From: Desulforhopalus sp.
Lineage (GTDB): Bacteria; Desulfobacterota; Desulfobulbia; Desulfobulbales; Desulfocapsaceae
Length of the DNA: 64,000 nucleotides
Direction of reading: 5' to 3'
Assembly: GCA_047619065.1 (NCBI GenBank)
Contig: JBLHNA010000014.1
Location: 14,863 to 78,862, forward strand
Both the position numbers and the translations under genes were made by a program. Positions 20,608 to 30,335 of this stretch are shown piece by piece. Below the pieces are notes generated by a model that ran no database searches, had not been told where the DNA came from, and was given only the letters and a program-made list of their open reading frames with translations. Within the stretch, counting starts at the first letter, position 1. Each line of letters begins with the position of its first letter.

Positions 20608-21405
20608 CTAGGATTTTACTTTGGCAAACTTGCGTGACAGATACCCTGCCAGCAAGGGTGTGGTAACTGTCATCACGATCATCACTGTACCAAGTGCGTT
20701 TATCTCAGGGCTGATTGAATTTCTCAGCATGCTGAAAATTTTGACCGGAACGGTCTGGTTTTCGGCGGTGGCCCAAAAGAGTGTTGCCGTAATATCATCA
20801 AACGAGATGGTAAAAGCAAAAAGTGCTCCGGCAAGAATAGCTGGTAGAAGAAGTGGAAAAGTAACTTCCATGAAGGTCTGAAATCCATTGGCCCCCAAAG
20901 ACTTTGCGGCCTCTTCGTATTCTTTTTTTATACCGACCAGGCGTGCCTGGACGATTAACAGGACATAGGGCAAGGTCAATACGACATGACCGATAAGCAG
21001 CAGGACAAAACTTTTCGGTTGCTGGAGAAAGCGTAAAAACAGTAGTAGGGCAACGCCCAGGACCACTTCTGGAATCATGATAGGGGAGAGTAACAGGGTG
21101 TTTAGGGTATTTTTGCCGGGAAAATCAAAGCGGATAAAGGCCAGGGCTGCCATGATGCCGATACTTGTTGATATAACCGCTGTCAGTCCACCCAGGATCA
21201 AGGAATTTTTAAAAGCATCGATGATCGAATCATTCTGTGCCAGTTTGATAAACCAACGAAAACTGAAGCCTTCCATAGGGAAGATGCCGAATTGCTTGGG
21301 GTTGAATGCCAGAACAATGACCACCACTATGGGAGTAAACATGAAGATATAGACAAGGATGGTATGAAGTTTTATGAGTCTCCAGCCAATAGAAGATTCT
21401 CGCAT
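20608..21405 (-). CDS. ABC transporter permease (PotC-like)
   Basis: Six hydrophobic segments and the EAA loop EAAKSLGANGFQTF. Confidence 0.85.
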   Translation of the reverse strand: MRESSIGWRLIKLHTILVYIFMFTPIVVVIVLAFNPKQFGIFPMEGFSFRWFIKLAQNDSIIDAFKNSLILGGLTAVISTSIGIMAALAFIRFDFPGKNTLNTLLLSPIMIPEVVLGVALLLFLRFLQQPKSFVLLLIGHVVLTLPYVLLIVQARLVGIKKEYEEAAKSLGANGFQTFMEVTFPLLLPAILAGALFAFTISFDDITATLFWATAENQTVPVKIFSMLRNSISPEINALGTVMIVMTVTTPLLAGYLSRKFAKVKS

Positions 21406-21408
21406 GGG

Positions 21409-22275
21409 TTAATTTCCCTGAAAGCTTTTGAAGATTTGATTGATCCCCAGATAACGGTTGTAGGTCCAGACAATAACAAAGAGCAATACCAGCAAAATAA
21501 CACTGATAGCCGAGCCAAAAGGCCAGTCAAGGGTACCGATAACCCGCTTAAAAATAAGATTGGCGATCATGTCGTTGCCCGGTCCGCCAAGGATCATAGG
21601 CGGCAAATAGGTGCCCGCAGTGAGGACGAAGACCAGCAGAGAGCCGGCACTCAGCCCGGGAAGACTGAGGGGCAGTGTCACCTCTCGGAAGGCCTGCCAT
21701 TCGGTGCAGCCCATGGAGCGGGCCGCCTCAAGGAGACTTTTATCGATACCTTCAAGGCTGACATAGATGTTGAGTACCATAAATGGCAGTAGATACATGA
21801 GCAGTCCCATAAGGACCGTGAATTCATTATATAGCATCGAAATAGGGGTTTCTATGAGACCAACGCTCAGGAGAAAATGGTTAATGAGCCCGGAATCACC
21901 CATGATATTGATCCAACTCATGGTGCGGATGATAAAGCTGACCCAGAAAGGCAACATAATGAGCAGGAGAAATATCCGTTTATGGCGACTGGTGCTGCGG
22001 TAGAAAAAATAGGCGGGAACATAGCCCATGAGCACGCAGATAAAAACCGTCTCAAAAGAGATACGAATGGTTCGGAGGAGGATTTGAGGATAAAAAAAAT
22101 CTTCAAAAAATTTAGCGTAATTGCCAAACTGAAAAGCGGCGATATCTGCTCCACTTGGGGCACGGAGCCAGAAGCTGTAGACGATGATAAAACAAACAGG
22201 AATGACGAGGAGTAAAAAAACCGCGGTCATTGAAGGGGCCAGCAGCGCCCATGGTTTCCAGCTGTTAGATTTCAT
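21409..22275 (-). CDS. ABC transporter permease (PotB-like)
   Basis: EAA loop EAARSMGCTEWQAF. 3-nt gap to the next permease gene. Confidence 0.85.
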   Translation of the reverse strand: MKSNSWKPWALLAPSMTAVFLLLVIPVCFIIVYSFWLRAPSGADIAAFQFGNYAKFFEDFFYPQILLRTIRISFETVFICVLMGYVPAYFFYRSTSRHKRIFLLLIMLPFWVSFIIRTMSWINIMGDSGLINHFLLSVGLIETPISMLYNEFTVLMGLLMYLLPFMVLNIYVSLEGIDKSLLEAARSMGCTEWQAFREVTLPLSLPGLSAGSLLVFVLTAGTYLPPMILGGPGNDMIANLIFKRVIGTLDWPFGSAISVILLVLLFVIVWTYNRYLGINQIFKSFQGN

Positions 22276-22326
22276 GGAAGTCCATTGAGAAGAGTATGAA
22301 TGTAAGTCGTATATTAACGATATGAT

Positions 22327-23115
22327 TTACCCGGTTGTTTTGCCCGCAGGCAGAAGCTCGGAAAGGACCCTGGCTGTTTCTTGTATCATTTCCCCATACT
22401 TCGCCTTTATTTCAGCACCATTATGTTCCAATACCGAAAAATCAAAGGACACAGCACCTACTCCAAGGCCCGTGATGGAATCATACAGCGGTGCGGCAAT
22501 AGCCAGTACACCGGGTAGATATTCTTCGTCCACCATGGCAAAACCCCGTCTTTTGGTAATCTCAATTTCTTCGAAAAGTTTCACCTTATCGACGATGGTC
22601 TTAGGGGTTTTCTGGACCAGTTCCATCGCGGTAATCTTTTCGTCAATGAGTCCATCCGGCAGGCTGGATAGATATGCCTTTCCCAGGGCTGTGTTGTGCA
22701 GGCTGTTTTTGGAGAATTCCGGCAACCTGTAGGTAAGGGTTTCCGTTGCTTCTTTATGATAGATACGCATCAGGGTGTCATTCTCCGCGAATACTACATC
22801 TATACTAATATTGCTTTTCCGGTTGATCTCGTTCACGACCTCTTTGATCATTTTCAAATTGTCTATGGAGTGCATCAAATTGATGCATAAGAACAGACAG
22901 TGCAGAGAAGGTCGGATCACCTTGGTTTTCAGGTCTTTTTCCAGATAACCCATTTCCACCAGCGTATTGATATACCGGTAGGTTGTGGTCATATTAAGGC
23001 CCAGGATTTTGGCAATTTCACTCTGGGTCAGCGTGGGAGAATCTTTCGTAAAAAGGGCCAGTATATTCAGTCCTTTTTCGAGTGATTTCGAAAAGTAGTA
23101 TTTTCCTTTTGACAT
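22327..23115 (-). CDS. IclR-family transcriptional regulator
   Basis: N-terminal wHTH SPTLTQSEIAKILGLNMTTTYRYINTLVEMGYL plus a C-terminal IclR-type effector domain. Confidence 0.85.
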   Translation of the reverse strand: MSKGKYYFSKSLEKGLNILALFTKDSPTLTQSEIAKILGLNMTTTYRYINTLVEMGYLEKDLKTKVIRPSLHCLFLCINLMHSIDNLKMIKEVVNEINRKSNISIDVVFAENDTLMRIYHKEATETLTYRLPEFSKNSLHNTALGKAYLSSLPDGLIDEKITAMELVQKTPKTIVDKVKLFEEIEITKRRGFAMVDEEYLPGVLAIAAPLYDSITGLGVGAVSFDFSVLEHNGAEIKAKYGEMIQETARVLSELLPAGKTTG

Positions 23116-23141
23116 TTTGTTTTGTGATGAATTATTATCGC

Positions 23142-23172
23142 ACTATAATAGTTTACAAGTTACTATTATAGT
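23142..23172. promoter_or_regulatory. Perfect 11-bp inverted repeat in the divergent iclR / kamA-like intergenic region (candidate IclR operator)
   Basis: ACTATAATAGT (23142-23152), 9-nt spacer, ACTATTATAGT (23162-23172). Confidence 0.5.
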
Positions 23173-23224
23173 ATAAATTGCAAATTTTCTCTTGAATGTC
23201 AATTGCTAATTTTTATTCAAGACT

Positions 23225-25699
23225 ATGGGAGAGCATAAAATGGCGGCGGATCATGAAGTATTATCAATTACTTACCAGAATTCAGGCGAAGAAAACCAGG
23301 TGCTCCTCGCTGATCTAGAAGCTGCGCTGACTGGTTTTATGGAACATCTCGGGGTGCGCCCACTAATCGATCAGACCTTTTCAGAAGTAATCCTGACGGG
23401 TGACGGCAGGACTAAGATGGACAGACTACTTGCTGCTTGTGGGTATGGTGGTGATGCTCGTGGCTTTTTCGATGAATTGCTGGAACAGCTGGGTCGAGCG
23501 GATGGTACGGAAAAAATCATTATCAACAATATAGAGATGCCCCACCTGTTGCTCATGTCCATCCTTGAAGTCGCATTACCCGGCAATAGATTTGTCTCTA
23601 TCAAGACGACTGAGCATCTGGAAGAAGTCACCAATATAAAGATTAAGGAATCGGATCGGGCCGACATGCAGAAGGTAATCGATACATATCCTGTCCGGCT
23701 TTCCATGCATACGGTGCGGCAGATGCGGGTCTCCGGCAATGTCGCCTATCAGTATTTGCCATTTGTTGAAGAGCTTGGCACCATCGGCCACACCAATACC
23801 TGGATCGGTCAATTCCACCAGGGACTACTGGAACAGATGTATCAGAATCGGGTGATTTTTCTCCTCAACATGGGCTGCCCTGTTTATTGCCGGTTCTGCT
23901 TTCGAAAACATAAAGAGGAACGAAACCAGACGAATCCGACCACTGAGGCTGTTCGAGAGGCGGTGGAACATGTCATGAATTCTCCTTCCATTAAAGAGAT
24001 TATCATTACCGGTGGCGATCCTTTTATGAACATGGAAAATATGGCGAGTGCCATTGACGGCCTGATGGAGGTCGAGCATGTCCAGACCCTGCGCCTTGCT
24101 ACCCGCTCCATTGCCTACTATCCGCATTTGTTTCTTGGCGATGATGCCAGATTGCTCAATTATCTCAAGCGCAAGAATCTTGAGCTGCAGGAGCGTGGTA
24201 AGCGGATGGAGATTGCCACACACTTTATCCACCCGGATGAGATTTCGCCACAGTGCCTGATGATCATCTCCGAACTTGTGAAAAACGGTATTACGGTCTA
24301 TATACAGACTCCTTTTTTGAAAGACTGCAATGATGAAGGTCCAGAACTGGTAAGGCTGTTCAGCCTGCTTCGTGGTGCCGGAGCTGAGTTGCACTATATC
24401 TATATCCCCTGCAGTCCTATTCACGGTAATAGCGTGTACTGGTCGCCTATTGCCAAAGGTTTGCAGGTTGGCAGTTACTTGAGAGCACATCTTTCCGACC
24501 GGGTCGTACCGAGAATCTGCACGGCCACGCCCATTGGCAAGATGGACTGGAACTCAAGTGGCTGGGCCGTCGAACCAGTCGCAGAAAACGAGAACTTTAT
24601 CTGGATTCGCAGCCCCTATACCCCGGAGTATTTCAAGCAGTTTGCCCCCATTGCCAATGAACTGGAAAATATCCGGGTCAATGAAGAAGGAACCCTCGAC
24701 ATCCAATACATGGCGAAACTTGGCGATGATGCCCTGTTCCTCGGTTCTCGTCCACTGCGCCTTGGCGGGGGGATTTTTCAGCCGGAATCAACCGATGCGG
24801 TTATGGCGGCAATACGCTCCGGCGAAACGTTATCTCCTTCTTTGGTCGATACCAGATCGCCGATGATTTCCCGGGTGCATGAAACCCGGGTTGAGGTTGA
24901 TGCACACTGTACGGAAGAGGATCTCTATTATATTCGTGGAGATGAACGCATTACTGATGTGTTGATTGTCTCAGAAAAAGACGGTGTGGAATCGTTATTC
25001 CAGGTTGCAAAAATTATCCAGGTTCTGGAAGATATTCCTCATGTTAACGCTGTTCGTCTACGCAGTCTCATGTTTAATTATGAGCCCGAACGTTATACTG
25101 CTGAAGTAATCGATAAACTGGCAAGTCTTAATAAACTGAGCATTGTCAACCCGAAACGGCTCGAAATAGAGACCCAGTTTCTGGTGCCGGATGAGTTTCG
25201 GGCCGTACATGGCCGGCTGGCAGGATTGTTAAAAAACAAGGGTATAACTGTCTATAACAATACCCCGCTTCTTGGCAGGATTAACGATACTCCGGACATT
25301 ATCCAACTTCTCGCTTATAACTGCCGGGAGGCAGGGATTGAATTTCATCATCTTTATATTGCCGGCCTACCGATACAAAATAAGTGGAATGCCAGCAACC
25401 CGGTAGCACTCTATGATGTTGTGGATATTGCAACCCGGGTCCGCCGTGACGGCAGCGGTAGAGAGATACCCCGTTATATTATCCGCACGGTTGTGGGGGA
25501 AGTGGATTTTGGACTATCTTCCACCATTGAGGGTACAGATGAGGCGTTGTCGGTAAGACTGTTACCCTATGATCTCTCCTACTTCAAAGGATTATCGGTT
25601 AATTTTGAGTGGCCAGAGAACGTCAGGGAAGATGATGAGGGTAAACCGATCGTGCCAGTAATCGGGCTGCTGAAAACTACTGAATTCGCACTGTCATAA
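23225..25699 (+). CDS. Atypical 824-aa KamA-family radical SAM aminomutase-like protein. It has an N-terminal extension and an internal duplication; the second barrel lacks the Fe-S/SAM motif.
   Basis: CPVYCRFC at 23876-23899 (CxxxCxxC), followed by IITGGDPFM, HVQTLRLATRS, GITVYIQTPFLKDCNDEGPE..LHYIYIPCSPIHG. The second copy is ITDVLIVSEKDG, HVNAVRLRSLMF, GITVYNNTPLLGRINDTPD..FHHLYIAGLPIQN, with no Cys triad. Confidence 0.8.
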   Translation: MGEHKMAADHEVLSITYQNSGEENQVLLADLEAALTGFMEHLGVRPLIDQTFSEVILTGDGRTKMDRLLAACGYGGDARGFFDELLEQLGRADGTEKIIINNIEMPHLLLMSILEVALPGNRFVSIKTTEHLEEVTNIKIKESDRADMQKVIDTYPVRLSMHTVRQMRVSGNVAYQYLPFVEELGTIGHTNTWIGQFHQGLLEQMYQNRVIFLLNMGCPVYCRFCFRKHKEERNQTNPTTEAVREAVEHVMNSPSIKEIIITGGDPFMNMENMASAIDGLMEVEHVQTLRLATRSIAYYPHLFLGDDARLLNYLKRKNLELQERGKRMEIATHFIHPDEISPQCLMIISELVKNGITVYIQTPFLKDCNDEGPELVRLFSLLRGAGAELHYIYIPCSPIHGNSVYWSPIAKGLQVGSYLRAHLSDRVVPRICTATPIGKMDWNSSGWAVEPVAENENFIWIRSPYTPEYFKQFAPIANELENIRVNEEGTLDIQYMAKLGDDALFLGSRPLRLGGGIFQPESTDAVMAAIRSGETLSPSLVDTRSPMISRVHETRVEVDAHCTEEDLYYIRGDERITDVLIVSEKDGVESLFQVAKIIQVLEDIPHVNAVRLRSLMFNYEPERYTAEVIDKLASLNKLSIVNPKRLEIETQFLVPDEFRAVHGRLAGLLKNKGITVYNNTPLLGRINDTPDIIQLLAYNCREAGIEFHHLYIAGLPIQNKWNASNPVALYDVVDIATRVRRDGSGREIPRYIIRTVVGEVDFGLSSTIEGTDEALSVRLLPYDLSYFKGLSVNFEWPENVREDDEGKPIVPVIGLLKTTEFALS

Positions 25700-25710
25700 G
25701 GAGAGAAATT

Positions 25711-26376
25711 GTGCATTATCCATTTTCACTGTATAGCCGAAAAATTAAGCATCTGCCTATTTTTAAGGACTTGCAGGGCGATCCTTATATTGCTGATCTC
25801 TCACAAAACAGCAACCTTCTTGGTGCAATAGACATGCGTGACCAGCGAGGGTTTCAAAAAAATCTCGAAGAGAAGATGGGGGCAGAATACAGCTGGGGGG
25901 TGTCTGCTTACCTCGAAAACAGGGAACCACTCCTCTCAGATTGCCCTCAGATGGTGGCGGAACAACGATTTATCCATCTGGGCCTTGATATTATTGTCCC
26001 CCTTGGCATGCCGCTGCATGCACCACTCAATAGCAGCGTAGCCGAGAGCGGATATGAAAGCGGCGAAGGTAATTACGGCGGTTTTGTTCTTCTCAGACAC
26101 GACAGCCCATATTTTCAGACTTTTTTTAGTCTTTATGGTCACCTCCGCCGTAGCAGCTTGCCGGATACTGGCAGAACTTTTGCTGCAGGTGAACCCTTTG
26201 CTGAAATTGGTGATTTTAACGAAAACGGCAACTGGTTCTACCACACGCACCTCCAGATCATAACGAAAAAGGGGTTGGACTTGGGATATATTGCCAAAGG
26301 CTACTGTAACGAAAAAGATCTGGTGGAAATGGATACACTTTGCCCATCTCCCATTCCTCTATTCAAGGTGTTTTAG
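25711..26376 (+). CDS. Cytosolic M23/LytM-fold metallopeptidase-like protein, translationally linked to the kamA-like gene
   Basis: HLGLD (HxxxD) and YHTHLQ (HxH) are zinc-ligand motifs. No signal peptide. GTG start 11 nt after the upstream stop, with an AAGGAGAG RBS. Confidence 0.6.
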   Translation: MHYPFSLYSRKIKHLPIFKDLQGDPYIADLSQNSNLLGAIDMRDQRGFQKNLEEKMGAEYSWGVSAYLENREPLLSDCPQMVAEQRFIHLGLDIIVPLGMPLHAPLNSSVAESGYESGEGNYGGFVLLRHDSPYFQTFFSLYGHLRRSSLPDTGRTFAAGEPFAEIGDFNENGNWFYHTHLQIITKKGLDLGYIAKGYCNEKDLVEMDTLCPSPIPLFKVF

Positions 26377-26406
26377 AGCTATAACAAATGAGATAAAGAG
26401 TCCCTG

Positions 26407-27246
26407 CTATACCTGCTTGTGCCAGATATTCATGCTTTCCAGGGAGCCTGAGATCTGAGTATTGTTGATCAGGGTACCAGCGAAAGTATAGCTATTTCTG
26501 GCAAAAGTGATATTCATCCCGAAGCTGGTCGCCCGGGCAATGGTGTAGCAGGTCTTGATACCTGTTTTCGCCACCAGATCTTCCAGCATGTGCAGCAGAA
26601 CATTGGCGAAACCAAAGCCGCGACAGTCAGGATGGGTTGCAAAGTCCGTCATCTCGGCATTTGCCATTTTTTTATCGACTTCCGCCGAGGAGAGCGCCAA
26701 TAATTTCTCATCTTGCCAGATTCCCGCGTAGACCACATTTTCGGCCATGGTCTGGCGCAGGTATTCTGGATCGTAGATGGGAAAAGGATAGCTTTCGAAA
26801 ACCTGCCGATAAAGCTCGCTCATCTGCGGGCAATCGAGTGGCGTTGCAACACGGCATTCAAGTCCCTGGCGGATTTCTTTTTGTTGTGGTGATGGTGCAG
26901 CTTCTTCCTGTGCTTTTTCAATAACAGTCAGGACCCGCTTGAAATCCGAGTCAATCATTCGTTCTGAATCATAATAGCGGGCCATGAAGAGGCCGTCTTC
27001 CTTGCCGTTATAAAAATTCGGGATAGCGGCTTCAAGCCGGTAACCGCCTTGCTTAAACTGCGCTTTGGCATATGCTGGGACCTTAGCGAATATTTTTGAA
27101 TAGCCGCATCGCAAGGCCAGTTCATGTATGTGGTCGATAATATCGGGCAAATCGGCTCTATCCAGTTTCATCAGGTAGACCCGATCATTTGCAGGACCGT
27201 GTTGTATTAAGGATTGACCGAAGGATTCGATGTGATCAGTTTCCAT
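26407..27246 (-). CDS. ablB: GNAT acetyltransferase, beta-lysine N6-acetyltransferase type
   Basis: 279 aa with a C-terminal GNAT fold ([21 protein letters not shown]). It overlaps the stop of the upstream lysine 2,3-aminomutase gene by 11 nt, the classical ablA-ablB arrangement. Confidence 0.7.
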   Translation of the reverse strand: METDHIESFGQSLIQHGPANDRVYLMKLDRADLPDIIDHIHELALRCGYSKIFAKVPAYAKAQFKQGGYRLEAAIPNFYNGKEDGLFMARYYDSERMIDSDFKRVLTVIEKAQEEAAPSPQQKEIRQGLECRVATPLDCPQMSELYRQVFESYPFPIYDPEYLRQTMAENVVYAGIWQDEKLLALSSAEVDKKMANAEMTDFATHPDCRGFGFANVLLHMLEDLVAKTGIKTCYTIARATSFGMNITFARNSYTFAGTLINNTQISGSLESMNIWHKQV

Positions 27247-28582
27247 TACGTCGTTCCATACGTGTATTATTTTTTGGCGTCAAACTGATCGTCTTGTCGC
27301 AGTCTGAAAGCAGCCTTTCTATCCCGGTTATTGCAGTTTCATCTGCATCGTCAAGATTAAGCTGCAGATGGCAGCTATCGCAATTGCGGTCACAGAATTT
27401 TGCTTTGTAACTATCCGGTTCCTTGTACGTTGTGATCACCCCTTCGTAATTTCGCAACACCACCTTGTTGGTTGACTGCGAGATTAAATAGTTGGGAGTG
27501 AGGGGGATCTTACCTCCGCCACCCGGCGCGTCGACCACATAGGTTGGCACAGAAAAGCCACTGGTGTGACCGATCAACGCTTCCATGATCTCAATTCCCT
27601 TACCGACAGGGGTGCGAAAATGTGAGAGTCCTTCGGAAAGATCACATTGGTATAGGTAATACGGACGCACGCGATTCTCAACAAGTTTATGGACCAAAGC
27701 TTTGATGATTCTCTGACAGTCGTTGACGCCGGCTAACAACACAGACTGGTTACCAAGGGGGATGCCTGCATCTGCCATTTTTTTGAGCGCCTGACGAGAA
27801 GAACTCGTCATCTCACGAGGATGGTTAAAATGAGTATTGACCCAGAGTGGATGGTGCTTTTTTAACATATTGACCAGGTTGTCAGTGATGCGATACGGCA
27901 GGACAACGGGCATCCGGGTCCCAATACGAATGACCTGAACATGCTCAATCTTCCTCAGTTCGGTGAGAAGCCAGTCAAGGTGGATATCACTCAGCATCAA
28001 AGGATCACCGCCGGAGAGCAATACGTCGCGCACTTCGGGGGTATTGCGTATATAGTCAATTCCTTTACTGATCTGATCGCGATTGGGGATTGAATCAACA
28101 TCGCCTACTTTGCGTTTGCGAGTACAATGGCGGCAATACATGGAGCACACATTGCTGACATGAAAAAGCACCCGATCGGGATAACGATGAGTGATTCCCG
28201 GTACCGGACTGTCCTTGTCTTCGGCCAGCGGATCAGACATGTCGCACTTTTCAATCTGCAACTCTTTAGAGTTAGGAAAAGCCTGACGGAAGACAGGGTC
28301 GTTGCGAAAGTCATTTCGGTCTATCAGGGAAAGATAATAGGGCGTGATCGACATGGGGAACTTTTTCATGGTCAAGGCGACCTTCCGTCTTTCAAGCGGT
28401 TCTAGTTCGATATTCAGCAGTTTTTCGAAGGTCTCAACATCGGTGATAGAATTTTTAAGCTGCCAGTGCCAGTTTTTCCACTGTGAGAGATCAACCTTTT
28501 CATCACTAAGATGATCGGCTATTTGTTGCTGATTGTTTGAAAAAATATTTATTGTCATAATAAGACAGATCCTTGCATGCAA
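27236..28582 (-). CDS. ablA: Lysine 2,3-aminomutase (radical SAM, KamA/AblA)
   Basis: [13 protein letters not shown] (CxxxCxxC), [28 protein letters not shown], and a C-terminal Cys-rich tail. GGGAGGGGG RBS before the ATG at 28582. Confidence 0.88.
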   Translation of the reverse strand: MHARICLIMTINIFSNNQQQIADHLSDEKVDLSQWKNWHWQLKNSITDVETFEKLLNIELEPLERRKVALTMKKFPMSITPYYLSLIDRNDFRNDPVFRQAFPNSKELQIEKCDMSDPLAEDKDSPVPGITHRYPDRVLFHVSNVCSMYCRHCTRKRKVGDVDSIPNRDQISKGIDYIRNTPEVRDVLLSGGDPLMLSDIHLDWLLTELRKIEHVQVIRIGTRMPVVLPYRITDNLVNMLKKHHPLWVNTHFNHPREMTSSSRQALKKMADAGIPLGNQSVLLAGVNDCQRIIKALVHKLVENRVRPYYLYQCDLSEGLSHFRTPVGKGIEIMEALIGHTSGFSVPTYVVDAPGGGGKIPLTPNYLISQSTNKVVLRNYEGVITTYKEPDSYKAKFCDRNCDSCHLQLNLDDADETAITGIERLLSDCDKTISLTPKNNTRMERRNGN

Positions 28583-28795
28583 CGAACCCCCTCCCTGGAA
28601 TGCAGGTCAACACAACGTGCATTTCGAGACAGGCGGCCATTGCGCTAGTTAAACCGCGAAACGCGGTAAGTAATGGACATTTGAGACGTAATACGGCCCC
28701 TTGGTGTACGAGAGGCTTTTGGAGTCTTTGATTTTTTTATTGTCTTGCTGGCGCTCAAATAAACATGAGCGATTGATTGGTGCAATAATGGTTCG

Positions 28796-28824
28796 TGCCC
28801 GAATGATATTAGCCTAAATGTTCT
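28796..28824 (-). promoter_or_regulatory. Near-consensus sigma-70 promoter for ablAB (TTGACA-N17-TAATAT), implying a ~200-nt leader
   Basis: On the minus strand, TTGACA is at 28824-28819, followed by a 17-nt spacer and TAATAT at 28801-28796. Confidence 0.6.
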
Positions 28825-28877
28825 CACTTGTCAAGGCTAAGCCCTTTTAAGGCCAAAGAGTAGGTAGTTGGAAGGTA

Positions 28878-29420
28878 TTATTTTTCGGGTGAAAGAGGGC
28901 CTGTTTCCAGAATCGGTGCGGCGCTGACATGACCGACCTCCATCAAATCGACAAGTTTTTCAAGAGACATGGTTATAGAGATTTGCTCACTGTCTGGCAG
29001 TTCTACAAGGGCGCTTACCAGGGTTTCTTGCAACAGAGAAGGTGCTGCGGCGACTAATTCCTCGCCGGTCGCAGTGATACAAATATGGATGAGGCGGCGA
29101 TCTTTACTATCGCGATTACGCTCAACCAGTTTTTTTTCTTCCAGCCTGTCGATGATACCGACAATGGTGCTCGGACTCAGATAGACTTTTTGAGCCAGCT
29201 TAGCGCTGGTTATGGGGCCACTTTCCATTACAGCCAGGAGACAACCGAGCTGAGGTCCAGTGATTTTATGTTGGGTCGCCAGTTTATGTGAATGGATGTC
29301 TACCGCTCTAATGATACGGCGCAAAGCCTGTAGAATTCTGAGCTCATAGCTTTGTGAGGGGACTTGCGACTCTTGCTTCATCAGCGGTTTCCTGTCTGGG
29401 GTATCTTTATTTATCTTCAT
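28878..29420 (-). CDS. MarR-family transcriptional regulator
   Basis: Winged helix GPQLGCLLAVMESGPITSAKLAQKVYLSPSTIVGIIDRLEEKKLVERNRDSKDRR. Confidence 0.85.
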   Translation of the reverse strand: MKINKDTPDRKPLMKQESQVPSQSYELRILQALRRIIRAVDIHSHKLATQHKITGPQLGCLLAVMESGPITSAKLAQKVYLSPSTIVGIIDRLEEKKLVERNRDSKDRRLIHICITATGEELVAAAPSLLQETLVSALVELPDSEQISITMSLEKLVDLMEVGHVSAAPILETGPLSPEK

Positions 29421-29914
29421 TTAGCTTGCAGGGGCTGGCAGATCCTCACCGCCTCACCACAATCTTGCTGACTTATTAATTTGCTGCCAAATCTATCCTA
29501 TTTATTGTCCTTTATCCACGTTTTTCACAACGGAAGATTTTCAAGTGCGGAAAATGCGTTTGACACTACGATTTAGTCTCTGTAGTGCATACCAATCCTT
29601 TAACGGACGCTGGAGTTATGCCTTAACGGCTAACTCAGCCCCTCTCACTTAAAAGGGGGCTGCACTCTGCTATGAGCCATAACATATTCTCAATCATCGA
29701 TCAGTTAACCTCCCACTATTACCACAGTTTCTACACACCCTACTTTGCTTGAACACAACACTGACAATTGTGCCACCACCCGCCGTCCTTGAATAACCGT
29801 TCAAAACAAACCATTGACAACGCGTCACTTTAAATATATCTTGAATATCCACTCAAGTTATATTGTTTTTGTAAGCTAATATGAGTTAACCATAGAATCT
29901 ATCGACTGAGCGAC

Positions 29915-30208
29915 TTGACACTCACACAATCGACACACAAAAAACCAACAAAAGAACTCATAGAAGGAGCAAAGCCTGAAGACCTACACGTAACCGCCTG
30001 TACGGGATGCGCTGACCAACTGTGTTTTACAGGCGAAATTGAAGCTCTTGAGATTGGAGTCAATAGAAATGACTCTTGGCTGCTACCTATGTGCGGCAGA
30101 TTTATCGTGGACAAAAACAGTATAATCAGAAATACTGAAGTACACGTCGACCATACCCAGCGGCCTGAACCCGATGAAATCATCGATCTTTTGAAATCAA
30201 TGGCCTAA
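29915..30208 (+). CDS. Hypothetical Cys-containing small protein
   Basis: 97-aa ORF with a TTG start. CTGCADQLC ... CGRF. No family recognised. Confidence 0.3.
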   Translation: MTLTQSTHKKPTKELIEGAKPEDLHVTACTGCADQLCFTGEIEALEIGVNRNDSWLLPMCGRFIVDKNSIIRNTEVHVDHTQRPEPDEIIDLLKSMA

Positions 30209-30335
30209 CTGACCAGGTAAAGACTAGCCATAACAACATTCACAAAACCGTAATCCCCATGGCACCGCTTCCCGTGATTTCACAGGCGAATGTCTACTTT
30301 TTCTATCCAATTTCACACAGGTTGAGGACAAATAA

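Noticed and set aside
28645-28827. 60-aa minus-strand ORF in the ablA upstream region
   Set aside because: It lies inside the predicted ablA leader and overlaps the promoter. It has no RBS or motif, so it is treated as non-coding leader.
29560-29670. Two adjacent hairpins (GCTGGAGTTA...TAACTCAGC and CAGCCCCT...AGGGGCTG) as a small RNA or terminator
   Set aside because: There is no U-tract on either strand, no match to any RNA family I can recognise, and no flanking promoter. Noted only as a possible structure.
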